From positions 20,994 to 84,993 of IMG/VR virus record IMGVR_UViG_3300027736_000035: a stretch of 64,000 bases of DNA; one strand, given 5' to 3'. The translations under genes were made by a program, and so were the position numbers. This document shows positions 22,501-29,694 of this stretch, in pieces (the first letter of the stretch is position 1; every line of letters begins with the position of its first letter). The DNA comes from a virus. The notes beneath the pieces are model-generated. The model made no database searches. It was not told the DNA's origin and saw nothing but the letters and a program-made list of their open reading frames with translations.

Positions 22501-25500
22501 CAGTAATCAACAGCTTGGGCCAGGTAGTAGCAATAAATGTAACCAGTTCAGACGCAGTATATCGGTCAACTCCTGCTATATCATTTGATGGCGGCGGGGG
22601 AGTTGGGCGTGATGCTAGAGCCTATGCAATTATAACACCAGGCCTTGCACGAAGTTTTAAAACTACTATCAAATATGATAGATTCCAATATTTCAGTGAT
22701 GTACAAGATTGGAGTTCCAGCGGAACTTATCAAGATGGCCAATTGGTAAGATACGATGATCGTGTATGGCAAGCTGCCAGTGCAGATTCTACCGCAGTGG
22801 TAGGTCCTGATTTTAGTCTTGAAGATTGGACACCAATTCCGGCTCGAGATTTAACTGGTGTAAATCGCACAATGGGATTGTATGTGCCTGGGGTAAATCA
22901 ACCAGGATTGGATTTGCCTTTGTTAATTGATGGGGTTGATTATCCAGGAGTTCAAGTATATGGCAATTATTTCTTAGGAACTGCTCTCACCGATGCCACT
23001 TATGCAAGCTCGTTTACAGATGCCACATTAGGCAACACTTTTTCTAGTATCAATGTTGATGGCGGCGAATTTGTAGGATTGTACGAAGGGCATGCTCCTG
23101 AAGAACTGGTCAATGGTGCAGAATTTGACACACTTGATCTGCGTGTATACACACGACCAGGCGCGGATTGGAACAGAGATGGTCATGGTTTCCAAATGAC
23201 AGATCAGCGTTATCTGTATGAAGCAGCAGTTACTGACACATTTAGTTGGGCAGGCCTAGTTGAAAATCCAGTAAACATTTCTGTAGTCAATACCACTACC
23301 AATTTACCATTGAGTTTGAACGTTGACTACACTGTGGATTGGGTATTACAGACGCTCACAGTGTTGACTGTGGCCAATGGGGATATCTTAAGCATCACTG
23401 CATACGAACTTGGCGGCGGCAGTCAATTGTATCGTGACAATTTTGCAGGCACAGGTTTGCAAACTGTGATAATTCCAGTGAATGCCGCTGAAATTATAAG
23501 TTTAGCAATATTTGTCAATGGAACATTAACAAGTGGCGCAACCTGGACGCCATATGTTGCAAGTGTGGACTGGAATCAGTTGTCTAGTTATTCGTTCAAA
23601 GATGTGGTCAATATCAATGATGGCAGCTCTGCAGAAACTTATTATCGAGCAATAAAAAATGTACCAGCCGGCATTGAAATTACCAATGTTCTTTATTGGT
23701 TAGAATATGTGCCTACATTTGAATCAATTGTTAATTTTGGGACAGTATACAACACCACTGACGAAATTGCACTGACTGCATTTGGCGTGTCAACCATTGA
23801 TGCTGGCTATTTTGTAATTGGTAGACAGTACACAATTACTCAAATTGGAACTACTAATTTTGTAGCCATTGGAGCCGGAGCAAACACAATAGGGACAGTG
23901 TTCACAGCCAGTGGGGTGGGATCGGGCACAGGTCAAGCATCTACAACATACAGTTGGAGTGCTCCACAAACTCAGTACATTGTGGCTGACGCAAATTTTG
24001 TCACATTCAAGACCACCACTTTGACCAATTCTGTTCAAGGCAGTAATCTTGCCAACATGATTGTCACACGCAATGGGCTGAGATTGCAGCCGCCCGAAGG
24101 AAGAGAATGGATCAGCGACGGAAGTTCATTGTCATTTGGTCTTCCGACTCGCGGCGGCTACAGCCAGAGTATTATAAATGCCACCACAGATGTCATAGTC
24201 TGGGTTGACGAAATATTACAACAACAAAGCATAGGTGGTGTTCCAGGCACATACAGCGTGACTCCATATGTGGCCGCTAATGACCGTGAGGTGGTGTTCA
24301 ATGTGGCACCACCAGCAGGAGCTAGAATATTGATCACAGTGACTACTCAAGCTGGATATGATTTAGTTGGCAACAGTCTACAAATTGTGGGAGGCGTGAA
24401 TCTCAACGATTTATTCGCAGTGACAACTTTCAATGACACTTCGCAACTGAATCCATTGACATTGGTGTTCAATGGGCCAGTGATTACAGGTGTGGAAGTT
24501 GTAGATCCGTTTGACCCGCTGCCAAACGATCCAGCGTATAATAGTCAACCGGGAAGTTTTGATTACGCTACAGTTAACAATACGCAATGGAGTTTTTCAT
24601 ACAGCAAAGGTGCGGCTGTGTACAACAATCAATTCTGGCTAGAACGTGCCAATGTCAGCCCATCTAGACTTTGGGTCACATTGGATGGATATGCATTGAC
24701 CAACAGCATAGACTACACAGTAGAAGGTGAATATCTAATACTGGCATCGGGTGCAATCAAACCCGATCAGATAATGGTCATAACAGAAATTACCAACAGC
24801 ATTGTGCCAGATGCAATAGCATTCCGTATATTTCAAGACATGCGCGGCGTGCAAGCCACATATCGTATGACCACTGCCACTACCACAGTATTGACACAGC
24901 CACTCAGTGCCACAGACAACATAATGTATGTAGAAAATGTATCAGCACTGGGTCACCCCAATCTTGAACTGGGTGTGTTTGGAGTATGCACGGTGGATGG
25001 TGAACGTATCATGTACAGAGATGTTGATGCAGCAACCAATACCATTATGGGACTCATGAGAGGTACTGCTGGTACAGCCGCAGCTGACCATTTGGTAAAT
25101 GCTGCTGTGTACAATCTCAGCCGCGGTAATTTATTACAAAGCAGCTATCAAGATTACATTGTGTCAGACACCAGCACTGGAGATGGGTCTACCACGGTGT
25201 TTTATGCACCAAGTATAAATGTCAATGATTTTGTTGATAGCAGTAGTGAAGCTCCTGCAATTGAAGTATATGTTGGCGGCACACGACAATATGCTTACAG
25301 TGACACAACTGCCACCAGCCAATATCGTTGGTTTGTGACAGATTTTGACCCATTGGCAGTGGATTTTGTTGTAGATAACACTGTGTATCCTCCACTATTT
25401 GCCCCGGCTCCCAATGTTGAAGTCACAATATTGGTACGCCAGGGAGTTACCTGGTATCAACGCGGAGTTACCACACCCAGTGACGGAGTTGCTCTGCAAG

Positions 25501-25541
25501 ATACCGACACTGTTGCTGCAAGGTTTTTACGTGGTTTATAA
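10527..25541 (+). CDS. Giant (5004 aa) baseplate wedge/receptor-binding structural protein (gp7-like position)
   Basis: Uninterrupted 15-kb ORF coupled to gp6 by TAATG. It contains FG-GAP-like blades, CBM5/12-like W..Y..G..V.Y motifs, cupredoxin-like segments and a YIKEVKPYHVQLR wedge-type motif. Confidence 0.75.
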   Translation: MATARSVDFLPQIFQTETNKQFLAATLDQLTQEPKFKKTQGFIGRTVGPGVNPNDKYVVESTAVRRDYQLEPGVISLVPDTNTIKNAITYPGINDAVSFSGGDGGRPDRLYQSEYYSWDPFVDFDSFVNFSQYFWLPAGPDAVDVAASTIPTSDNFFVTRENGIYTFSGVAGTDPVIDLVRGGNYTFQIAQNNKETANYRVTNSGISAYLLDGLRNPTLTLARGNTYVFNLVLNGDFPFWIKTAPVTGLEDVYSTGVTRNGARTGLVTFTVPQDAPDILYYASQTQLNMQGTLNIVNGTQGTGPGFWIQAFPGVSGKDPSQPNISSRDVLGVSNNGTDLGTVTFNVPQKTAQSFYYSLTPFGVNSSGALITPVDIICDLSFNQVNNQLVDVFLATYGGIDGTKNLNGRTLVFTQSLTDAEASLWQIKYVTIDLLTYISLSKLADIPVLNKFKARYGINYSNTEWYKKANGIFERIPLLTAAQDTLYYQDGTDPEIFGRIRLIEQTADTTLYIDAILGKKSYTSANGVVFSNGLKVKFVGDVFPTSYASGTLDLTITAAQSGSNYLTTESTANLYVGEKIIFIDSIGGVSPGTYYVQSLAANGTQFSISLQKGGGAYPLQVGSANARAIAVSDLEYYVSGVGTAIELLPVEIFSTPELYVVDANDSTIYVEPGQTDYLTINRASRDRNAWSRSNRWFHSDVINATAKYNNTTAVFDNNYRAKRPIIQFRPNIRLWNMGTDGKNPVDIIDFSQTDAFSNVEGSTGYSVDGYTLIDGSRVIFAADQDQNVKDKIYVVSFIVPDTVAPLIAQPIISLTPAQDGEVLVDQCTVCLYGTTSPGVTFWFDGTTWTEAQQKTAVQQAPLFNIYDTNGYSFGDQSKYQSSTFVGSKLFSYAVGDTSIIDPILQFPLQYLNINNVGDIVFVNNLYKDTFLYVADNASVTLDISSGSVKEYTTRASYRRLIGWQTAATPSQCYQQFKFTYTGTTLKLDVKVDDPVNNTPAIKIYVGSVFQAPSTYSYLTTATTTTITLNKTHVPGDIIEVLALSSQTSSAAFYQVPINLQNNPLNGNSPEFTLGTIRTHYESICENILTVVGPVNGSNNTRDLGNLVPYGLTILQQSSPLTLAGYFLRSPDYNIFASLSFADREYNKYKYQLLDAVTNQTIGFDTISQVLDTAIQSITLGRVESQPFYWSDMLPSGAVYTTTTYTIGYTSTSSFDTVQVYNYRSANYLGMNVYLGEVLLVRDRDYVVATDGPRITVLIDLAVGSTLVLQEYSATYGSFAPNTPTKLGLYPAFVPQVITQRTSNGNVQVTQGHDGSITPLFNDIRDQVLLEFETRIYNNLKLDGNPVPLTIDDVLPGQFRSTGFSYSEITEILNQDFLRYVGANKLDYRTQDFRATNEFTWNYSSTKNKLDNSQNLLGAWRGINRYFYDTEQPQYTPWEMLGFSKKPLWWEDAYGPAPYTGDNLVLWDDLAAGYVADPVAPYFRPKYARPASTGSIAEPQRGGIWGAGPYPSLFPIIPTGDEGQLLSPFNSVMGVYSNAQFQKSWAPGDGGPVEASWWNSSSYPFAVMHVLAVTKPAKFFALFADRDLYRYNEEFGQYLLNDRYRLDANGIEVYGNGVSKASYIDWIVDYNRQSGINSTDELTADLANLDVRLCYRMASFSDKQYIKLYTEKSSPNSTNTTLMIPDESYNLLLYKNQPFDRTDYSAVVVQNVPGGYAVFGYSTSLPYFKVLASRSTGQLRTISSGGATVRVPTFYTNTEVHVPYGFIFANETSVCDFLLSYGELSKQQGITFTNRANGYVLDWNQMCQEFLYWSQQGWGENALLNLNPLAAKLTVTRDQAVVDSIVVQAADNVLLDQNNRELPTRNLNITRIDNTFTCEPLTTQTLSFIDLKYTTYEHMIVLNNQSVFGDLIYQPITGARQNRLILIASNTADWTGQINTPGFILNLNNVEQWSGLKRYTKGQIVKYKNVYWSSLNIVQPSEKFNFNEWVQSDYTQIELGLLPNLANKANQLSNSYNINSANLEQDNDLLSYGLIGFRPRQYMAALNLDDVSQLNVYRQFLGSKGTILSAELFSNANLGKEAADYSIYENWAVLRSVYGANANRSFVELRLDRSYLSSNPSLVQVVVPQQVSSADQQILLGDVWKQSYKLTSPDFLPTTTITPTDIALPTAGYVNLNDADITVFDINDLANIAANLDAIAVGTSIWIAKINDYDWNIYRAQSVPGAVQHVCDNLDGTSRVIFSQSHGLSAGDTLIIKFFDTEVNGVYQVLSVSNLTTVNIAFQFVQKRTVANGLGLGFTLQTMRVAQASDVINLPYANDVVPGAKVWVDNNGDDLWEVIQKQQVFVDSSQISPLLLDAGEQFGVAVAQATARLALFVGSPRYGFGGSAQKGAVYVYVKNSQDQYAPVSPIINADGILTLDRTGVRGYGNAVDFGNQTWAVAGASQSLGPSSETNNGYASVIYRDPALGQPGVNPFINWQLLTLPGTTTSTTPGAGEFGYSVTMSLDERWMYISAPGLNTVYAYGRVDWQDQFVTILGTGTTTQYTIAGTIQINNSSQLKVLIDGQLQTTGYSIDAAFDKVTFTTAPDLGALIKFQRINTQQLDAQTYYDVSQTSTSGSGTGAKFTITRVRGEVGQPGASFGGVGATSAGTGYAVGNTITIAGASFGGTNNIVLTITSIGTGGTLGGFNIAYTPPTLATVFSLNEYFFTAINIYSFSIAVDGVLYRPNIDYTFDTVTQDLTFTGTGPASGTIIIARAQSYFTYVNSITASGLGASDRFGHSIACTTDGRQVVIGTPYSTQNSNAEAGSVYVIDRNVQRFIYGSDGSTVTFTLLGTPAAPVSVIVNNVFLTNQTDSVIGAPNTFYWNGANTVTVNADLQYGDVVEIETNQFAQIQKITQNTVANFSNFGQSVDICSYNCSLYVGVPQSSVQIYKGGVVERDVNQSRIYGTITSTVVNAALTAGNTVRVNNMDVVVPAAWNSLSAYYKNDVVYNLSGSTYTIYVALQDVPAATALTNVSYWSPVTTTTVAASVYVRALAAQINSTVPNVIATVDVSGYLTVSVKNNNSAPAFNKLQVAPGSIGTAFATLAFTTFAFTQTIVSPYPVKYSAFGSSVNIADSATTLVVGAPNGTLYLITVFDDGNTDFDADSTTFITTVINSGAVYTYDYLPSASMSISNPGKFLFGQQINNSEVNALDTFGSTVSYVDGILVAGAPNNDVGDSTANYGRIFLFENPTRTPAWTVIRQQQPVVDVSLLNGVFTYDRITSATTQFFDFFDPLQGKILGAARQNIDYISGIDPANYNIGPSGINGATWWSGHVGEVWWNTSTVRFIDPNQDDITYASRRWGQNFPGSSIDVYQWILSTVPPASYTGPGVPYSTSSYSINTRLNRDGIFATEYYFWVRGITTTAVQEGKTLSVATVAQYIENPRASGITYMAPINASTVALYNAAEYIVASDTVINISFDREATESNVHTEYELIAEGKPDAFLSTNLYRKLQDSFCGVDTFGNNVPDANLSPAERYGVQFRPRQSMFVDRFDALKNYLTRVNAVLARFTISESRSFNLLNSAEPEPSAATGLWNLRVANLEILGFQNIYTVPLGYRYLVVTDSNNRGLWTIYTVIASDQVAGERLLRLSFVQGYNTADYWSYIDWYLPGYNSSTKVLAEVANQAALRTLGLSVGSSVRVTANSQGKWEIYLLTNTGWERVGLQDGTIAFSAELWDYQLGRFGFDIEVFDAQYYDQEPVKETRKIIQAINEELLINDLLIERNLALTLMFNYVLSEFAAPEWLVKTSLIDVDHRIRDLVPYQNYRRDNQEFVIDYIKEVKPYHVQLREFNLRYNGADQYPGSLTDFDVPAYYNTSLTVPQYTSPILLPYEHGSSDVANFSSDLSSNSTVWSAFSYNQWYNNYLLTLTAVNIVNNGTGYTEPPLVIVGNVWTANTAVSINQQLFYVDGNMNNLYTVVANGTTGIIPPTFTTGGTQTDGTAMLVYAGPAATATAVINSLGQVVAINVTSSDAVYRSTPAISFDGGGGVGRDARAYAIITPGLARSFKTTIKYDRFQYFSDVQDWSSSGTYQDGQLVRYDDRVWQAASADSTAVVGPDFSLEDWTPIPARDLTGVNRTMGLYVPGVNQPGLDLPLLIDGVDYPGVQVYGNYFLGTALTDATYASSFTDATLGNTFSSINVDGGEFVGLYEGHAPEELVNGAEFDTLDLRVYTRPGADWNRDGHGFQMTDQRYLYEAAVTDTFSWAGLVENPVNISVVNTTTNLPLSLNVDYTVDWVLQTLTVLTVANGDILSITAYELGGGSQLYRDNFAGTGLQTVIIPVNAAEIISLAIFVNGTLTSGATWTPYVASVDWNQLSSYSFKDVVNINDGSSAETYYRAIKNVPAGIEITNVLYWLEYVPTFESIVNFGTVYNTTDEIALTAFGVSTIDAGYFVIGRQYTITQIGTTNFVAIGAGANTIGTVFTASGVGSGTGQASTTYSWSAPQTQYIVADANFVTFKTTTLTNSVQGSNLANMIVTRNGLRLQPPEGREWISDGSSLSFGLPTRGGYSQSIINATTDVIVWVDEILQQQSIGGVPGTYSVTPYVAANDREVVFNVAPPAGARILITVTTQAGYDLVGNSLQIVGGVNLNDLFAVTTFNDTSQLNPLTLVFNGPVITGVEVVDPFDPLPNDPAYNSQPGSFDYATVNNTQWSFSYSKGAAVYNNQFWLERANVSPSRLWVTLDGYALTNSIDYTVEGEYLILASGAIKPDQIMVITEITNSIVPDAIAFRIFQDMRGVQATYRMTTATTTVLTQPLSATDNIMYVENVSALGHPNLELGVFGVCTVDGERIMYRDVDAATNTIMGLMRGTAGTAAADHLVNAAVYNLSRGNLLQSSYQDYIVSDTSTGDGSTTVFYAPSINVNDFVDSSSEAPAIEVYVGGTRQYAYSDTTATSQYRWFVTDFDPLAVDFVVDNTVYPPLFAPAPNVEVTILVRQGVTWYQRGVTTPSDGVALQDTDTVAARFLRGL

Positions 25542-25547
25542 ACAAGG

Positions 25548-25553
25548 TAAATA
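25548..25553 (+). promoter_or_regulatory. Late promoter-like motif (GGTAAATA)
   Basis: TAAATA in the 19-nt gap before ATG 25561. Confidence 0.5.
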
Positions 25554-25560
25554 AAATATC

Positions 25561-25710
25561 ATGCCAACTACAATGCCAAACAAACCAGCTGCACCAGTAC
25601 CAGCACCTAGAGTAAACAAACCCAACGAAAGTGGGTCAATTTCGGTACAAGCACACATGAGGATTTATGATCCCAAAACACAAAAAACCTATGTGGAGGG
25701 ACGAGCATGA
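25561..25710 (+). CDS. Small 49-aa protein not in the ORF track (MPTTMPNKPAAP...YDPKTQKTYVEGRA)
   Basis: Translated by hand. It fills the gap exactly, follows a TAAATA motif, and its TGA overlaps the next ATG (ATGA). Confidence 0.7.
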   Translation: MPTTMPNKPAAPVPAPRVNKPNESGSISVQAHMRIYDPKTQKTYVEGRA

Positions 25711-26312
25711 TCACTCCCGGACTGTGCAAAATTGAAGGGTTTGTCAAGATTCTTGACCCAAATTCGGGCGAAGTTCTAGTAGATAAAAAGAATGCCATCC
25801 ATTATGAAAACATTTCTATTGCCATGGCACAGACCTTGAGCAACAGAGACTTAGGTTATATCTATTTGATGGCATTTGGCAACGGTGGCAGTAGTGTTGA
25901 TCCCACTGGAGTGATCACGTACCTGCCCCCAAATACCACAGGACAAAATGCCGATCTTTACAACCAAACTTACCAAAAAGTAGTAGATGATAATTCCGCA
26001 GCAGACACCGATCCTGAAAACAACAAGATGACAGTGTTACACACATCTGGAAATCTATACACTGATATTTTGGTAAGTTGTTTGTTGGACTATGGCGAAC
26101 CTCCGACTCAGCAGGCCTTTGATAACTCAACTAACTTTAACGGTGAATATGTGTTTGATGAGTTGGGCCTCAAATCTTGGAACGGCTCAACAGACAATCT
26201 TCGACTGATTACCCATGTGATTTTTCATCCAGTGCAAAAAAGTCTAAATCGGCAAATTCAGATAGACTACACACTGAGAATTCAGACATTGAGTAATATC
26301 AATGCTGTATAA
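25707..26312 (+). CDS. Virion structural protein (baseplate/tail-fibre attachment)
   Basis: GFVKILDP...MAFGNGG...FDELGL...LITHVIFHPVQKSLNR.IQIDYTLRI; lies between the giant wedge gene and the fibre gene. Confidence 0.6.
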   Translation: MITPGLCKIEGFVKILDPNSGEVLVDKKNAIHYENISIAMAQTLSNRDLGYIYLMAFGNGGSSVDPTGVITYLPPNTTGQNADLYNQTYQKVVDDNSAADTDPENNKMTVLHTSGNLYTDILVSCLLDYGEPPTQQAFDNSTNFNGEYVFDELGLKSWNGSTDNLRLITHVIFHPVQKSLNRQIQIDYTLRIQTLSNINAV

Positions 26313-26315
26313 ATA
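26308..26315 (+). promoter_or_regulatory. T4-type late promoter (TATAAATA)
   Basis: Exact T4 late consensus, 25 nt upstream of the tail fibre ATG. Confidence 0.65.
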
Positions 26316-26340
26316 TTGATAACAGGAACAGGTAATTCAA

Positions 26341-28353
26341 ATGGCATATACAATTAATTTAACTAACGGTACAATTTTTGCTACTGTCAACGATGGCACC
26401 GTTAATAACGCTAGTAGCATGACGCTGGTGGGCAAAAACTATGCTGGGTATGGTGAATTTTTAGACGAAAACTTTATACACCTGCTGGAAAATAGCGCAA
26501 ACACCACAGCCCCAGCATCACCACTCACAGGACAATTATGGTGGGACAGCACCAATGCATTGATGAAAGTGTATAACGGCACTGCTTTCAAAGTCATGAC
26601 TGGATCTACCAGTTCGGCCAGCGCACCCAGCAATGTTATCACTGGCGATTTATGGTGGGACACAACCAATTCACAATTGAAAATTTACAACGGAGTATCT
26701 TGGACTGTTGTTGGCCCTGCTTACACATCCGCCGAAGGCACAGCCGGTGCCATTCCTGAAACAATCACTGACTCGGGAGCCACTCCGCACTATGTGACCA
26801 GTCTGTATGTGAACAACACCCGAGTGGCCATTGTGAGTAAAGACGCTAATTTTACTCCATCTGCTCCTACTGTTACCACATTCCCTACCATATACAATGG
26901 TATCACTTTGTACAATACCAGTTCTCCGGTTTATGCAGGAACAGCAACCAATGCACAATTGTTAGACAGCCTAGACAGTACTGATTTCATGCGCGCCACG
27001 GCCAACACATCAACCACTGGTACATTGGCAGTTTTAAACAATTTTGGATTTACTGTGGGCGCTGCCAATGTCTTTTCGGTAACTACAACTAGCACCGATG
27101 CCAACATTAGAAGCAACATTTCCAATGGTAATCTGGTAATGCAGGCCAACGTATCTGGTAATATATACAACGTAGCAAGAATAGTGGGCAGCACTGGTGT
27201 ATTTGCAGTGTCAAATGCCATGACTGCCGGTACCACTGTGTCGGCTGTGGGCAATGTGTCTGGTGGCAATGTTATCACAGCAGGGCAAGTTACTGCCACT
27301 GCCAACATCACTGGTGGCAACATTATTTCAGTTGCGGCGGTTTCTGGTGTTTCTTTGGTTTCTTCGGGCAACGTTGACAGTGGCAACTTGCGTACCGCCG
27401 GGCAAGTCAGTGCAACAGGTAATATTACCTCGGCAGCCAATGTAGCAGGTACATATTTCATTGGCAATGGTTCAGCGTTGACAGGATTGAGTCTGGGTGT
27501 AAGTGTCACCAAGTTTGTGAATGGTACCAGCGAAGGTAATGTTGGTGCCAGCGGCGGCAATATAAACTTCAATGTAGGTGGCGTGAGCAATGTGGTTGTT
27601 ATTGATACTAGTACCTTGTACGCCAATGTGCTCAGCGCACAGAGCATTACCAAATCAGGCAGCAATGCAGTTGGTAATATTGGATCCAGCTCTAGCTTTT
27701 TTAACACAGTGTTCGGTAATATCTACAATGGTACTGTGATCAGTGTGGCAGGCAACGTCACTGGTGCTAATATCAATACTGGTGGGTTGGTCAGTGCAGG
27801 AACAACCGTAAGTGCCACTGGCAACATCACTGGTGGCAACTTGATCACTGCTGGACTGGTCAGTACCGCCAGCATTACCAAAACTGGTAGCAATGCAGTG
27901 GGCAATATTGGCAGTTCCAGCAACTATTTTAATCAGGTGTTTGCCACAGCTACCACAGCACTGTATGCTGACGTTGCTGAACGTTTTGCAGCCGATGAAG
28001 TGTTAGAACCAGGAACTGTGGTTGAACTGGGTGGATCACAAGAAATTACTCGTGCTGTAACTGACCTAAGTGAAAATGTGTTTGGTGTTATCAGCACTAG
28101 ACCAGCTTACACAATGAATGGTGGCGCAGGCGAAGATTCAACTCATCCAAAAGTTGCCATGACAGGTCGCGTTCCGGTCAATGTTATTGGTATAATACGC
28201 AAAGGCGATCGATTGGTAGCCGCAGGAGCAGGCCTGGCAAGAGCAGCTCAGCTGGGCGAAGCCACTGCTTTCAATGTGATTGGGCGCAGCCTGGTAGACA
28301 AAACTACCACACAACAAGGTACAGTCGAAGCCATTGTGACCATTAAAAACTAA
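26341..28353 (+). CDS. Tail fibre protein with C-terminal intramolecular chaperone (peptidase G2-like)
   Basis: N-terminal LVGKNYAGYGE..ENFIHLLEN..P...GQLWWD attachment region, GNITGGN-type repeats, and C-terminal YADVAERF...PGTVV...GVIST.PAY.MN...VAMTGRVPV...KGDRLV. Confidence 0.75.
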   Translation: MAYTINLTNGTIFATVNDGTVNNASSMTLVGKNYAGYGEFLDENFIHLLENSANTTAPASPLTGQLWWDSTNALMKVYNGTAFKVMTGSTSSASAPSNVITGDLWWDTTNSQLKIYNGVSWTVVGPAYTSAEGTAGAIPETITDSGATPHYVTSLYVNNTRVAIVSKDANFTPSAPTVTTFPTIYNGITLYNTSSPVYAGTATNAQLLDSLDSTDFMRATANTSTTGTLAVLNNFGFTVGAANVFSVTTTSTDANIRSNISNGNLVMQANVSGNIYNVARIVGSTGVFAVSNAMTAGTTVSAVGNVSGGNVITAGQVTATANITGGNIISVAAVSGVSLVSSGNVDSGNLRTAGQVSATGNITSAANVAGTYFIGNGSALTGLSLGVSVTKFVNGTSEGNVGASGGNINFNVGGVSNVVVIDTSTLYANVLSAQSITKSGSNAVGNIGSSSSFFNTVFGNIYNGTVISVAGNVTGANINTGGLVSAGTTVSATGNITGGNLITAGLVSTASITKTGSNAVGNIGSSSNYFNQVFATATTALYADVAERFAADEVLEPGTVVELGGSQEITRAVTDLSENVFGVISTRPAYTMNGGAGEDSTHPKVAMTGRVPVNVIGIIRKGDRLVAAGAGLARAAQLGEATAFNVIGRSLVDKTTTQQGTVEAIVTIKN

Positions 28354-28367
28354 AACAGGAATAGACA

Positions 28368-29333
28368 ATGACTTATTCATCAGGTGGATTAATTGAAGCA
28401 ACAGACTACAATGGGTTTGTTAGCACCACTGCCGGCGCAAATATCAACGATATCTGGGCCACCGGCTCAAGTGATAAAGGATATGGGCAAACTGCGGTGA
28501 GTACTGTTGCTGCTGCTGGCACAGTTTCTGCCACCCAATGGGCCAGTTTGGTCAACACATTGAGCAGTTTAGGCAGCCAGACCAACACAACTATTACTGC
28601 AAGATCGGCACCAACTGCAGGAACCACAATTGCTATCCTGGCAGCACTCAACACCGATCTCACTTCGGTTACCACCAACAGAAACAATGCAGTTGCACAA
28701 GGTACACAATACACAGGCTGGACCGGAACCAATAGTAAAACTGCTGCCACATCAGGGGCCACCTGGACCATCACATTCACAAACACTGTGACATTTGCTG
28801 ATTCAAATTCAGCTCGTTATTTTTTCAACGGCGGCGGCCTTATTTCTCTACTACCTTCTAAAACTAGTACAGGAGCGACAGGAGATCCACCATGGAATGC
28901 CATGGCCACAGCCGCTGGTACAATTGTGTTTAGCGGTGCAGCAGCAAGTAAAACAATTGCAGCAGTTGCATACACCGGAACTACCAAAATTGGCGGATCA
29001 GGTATAAACACCACACTGAGCACAGCCACAGGATATTACGCATTGACTGCCGGCGCAGCCGCTACAATTATTTTCAAACAATTTTCGGCAACTGCTCCTT
29101 ACACTTCCAATTTCATACAGCACAGCGTGGCATTAAATGCCGGCGCAAACATACTGACATTTACCACACTATGGTCAGCCAGTGACGGTGACCCAATCAC
29201 AGGAGGAACCGCAGCCGTGGCTGCTACCCCCGGTACTGCACCCTGTACTATTTGTACTTATAAACCTCCTAGTTCCACTTATCTAACCACCGCAAGTTGG
29301 GGAACCCCCACCGTGGCAGCTACCACAGTTTAA
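28368..29333 (+). CDS. Thr/Ala/Gly-rich virion protein (tail-associated)
   Basis: AGGA RBS. YSSGGLIEATDYN..GYGQT..TVTFAD...ARYFFNGGG resembles myovirus structural proteins. Last gene before a terminator. Confidence 0.6.
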   Translation: MTYSSGGLIEATDYNGFVSTTAGANINDIWATGSSDKGYGQTAVSTVAAAGTVSATQWASLVNTLSSLGSQTNTTITARSAPTAGTTIAILAALNTDLTSVTTNRNNAVAQGTQYTGWTGTNSKTAATSGATWTITFTNTVTFADSNSARYFFNGGGLISLLPSKTSTGATGDPPWNAMATAAGTIVFSGAAASKTIAAVAYTGTTKIGGSGINTTLSTATGYYALTAGAAATIIFKQFSATAPYTSNFIQHSVALNAGANILTFTTLWSASDGDPITGGTAAVAATPGTAPCTICTYKPPSSTYLTTASWGTPTVAATTV

Positions 29334-29336
29334 TCA

Positions 29337-29362
29337 AAAGGGCCAATTGGCCCTTTACTTTT
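29337..29362 (+). terminator. Rho-independent terminator ending the structural module
   Basis: Perfect palindrome AAAGGGCCAATTGGCCCTTT (29337-29356) followed by ACTTTT. Confidence 0.7.
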
Positions 29363-29382
29363 GATTGCATATTGTGTATAAT
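29354..29382 (+). promoter_or_regulatory. Sigma70-type promoter at the head of the glycan island (leaderless)
   Basis: TTTACT-17 nt-TATAAT, with ATG 29389 six nt downstream of the -10 box. Confidence 0.6.
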
Positions 29383-29388
29383 ACATGT

Positions 29389-29694
29389 ATGGACACAGAA
29401 GATTTAATTGCTCACGCTCGCTCTAGATTCAATCACGAATCAGCCAAACGGTTACTCAGAGAAAAATATCAAGCTCGCATGCTGTTTGCTCACGCCGGAG
29501 GCATGTGGCGTGCTGGTCCTGAGCTGGCGGTATTGCTAGCCACAGTACCTCCGGGCAGTGTAGTAATACTGGACTTGTATGAAAATCCCATCCAGGTCAA
29601 TTCTGAACAACTACGCGACCTGGTCATGCAACGCTGGCAAGAACAGATGAATGCCTGGTTGATAGAACATGAACAAGTGAACAAGCAACGATGA
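29389..29694 (+). CDS. Hypothetical protein (possibly tail-assembly-chaperone-like)
   Basis: The likely start is ATG 29389 (MDTEDLIAH). ATGA-coupled to the next gene. Confidence 0.6.
   Translation: MDTEDLIAHARSRFNHESAKRLLREKYQARMLFAHAGGMWRAGPELAVLLATVPPGSVVILDLYENPIQVNSEQLRDLVMQRWQEQMNAWLIEHEQVNKQR

Noticed and set aside
26439-29029. Long antisense ORFs over the fibre genes (e.g. 26931-27707, 258 aa)
   Set aside because: Shadow frames of Gly/Thr/Ala/Asn-rich repetitive coding sequence, with no motifs or expression signals.
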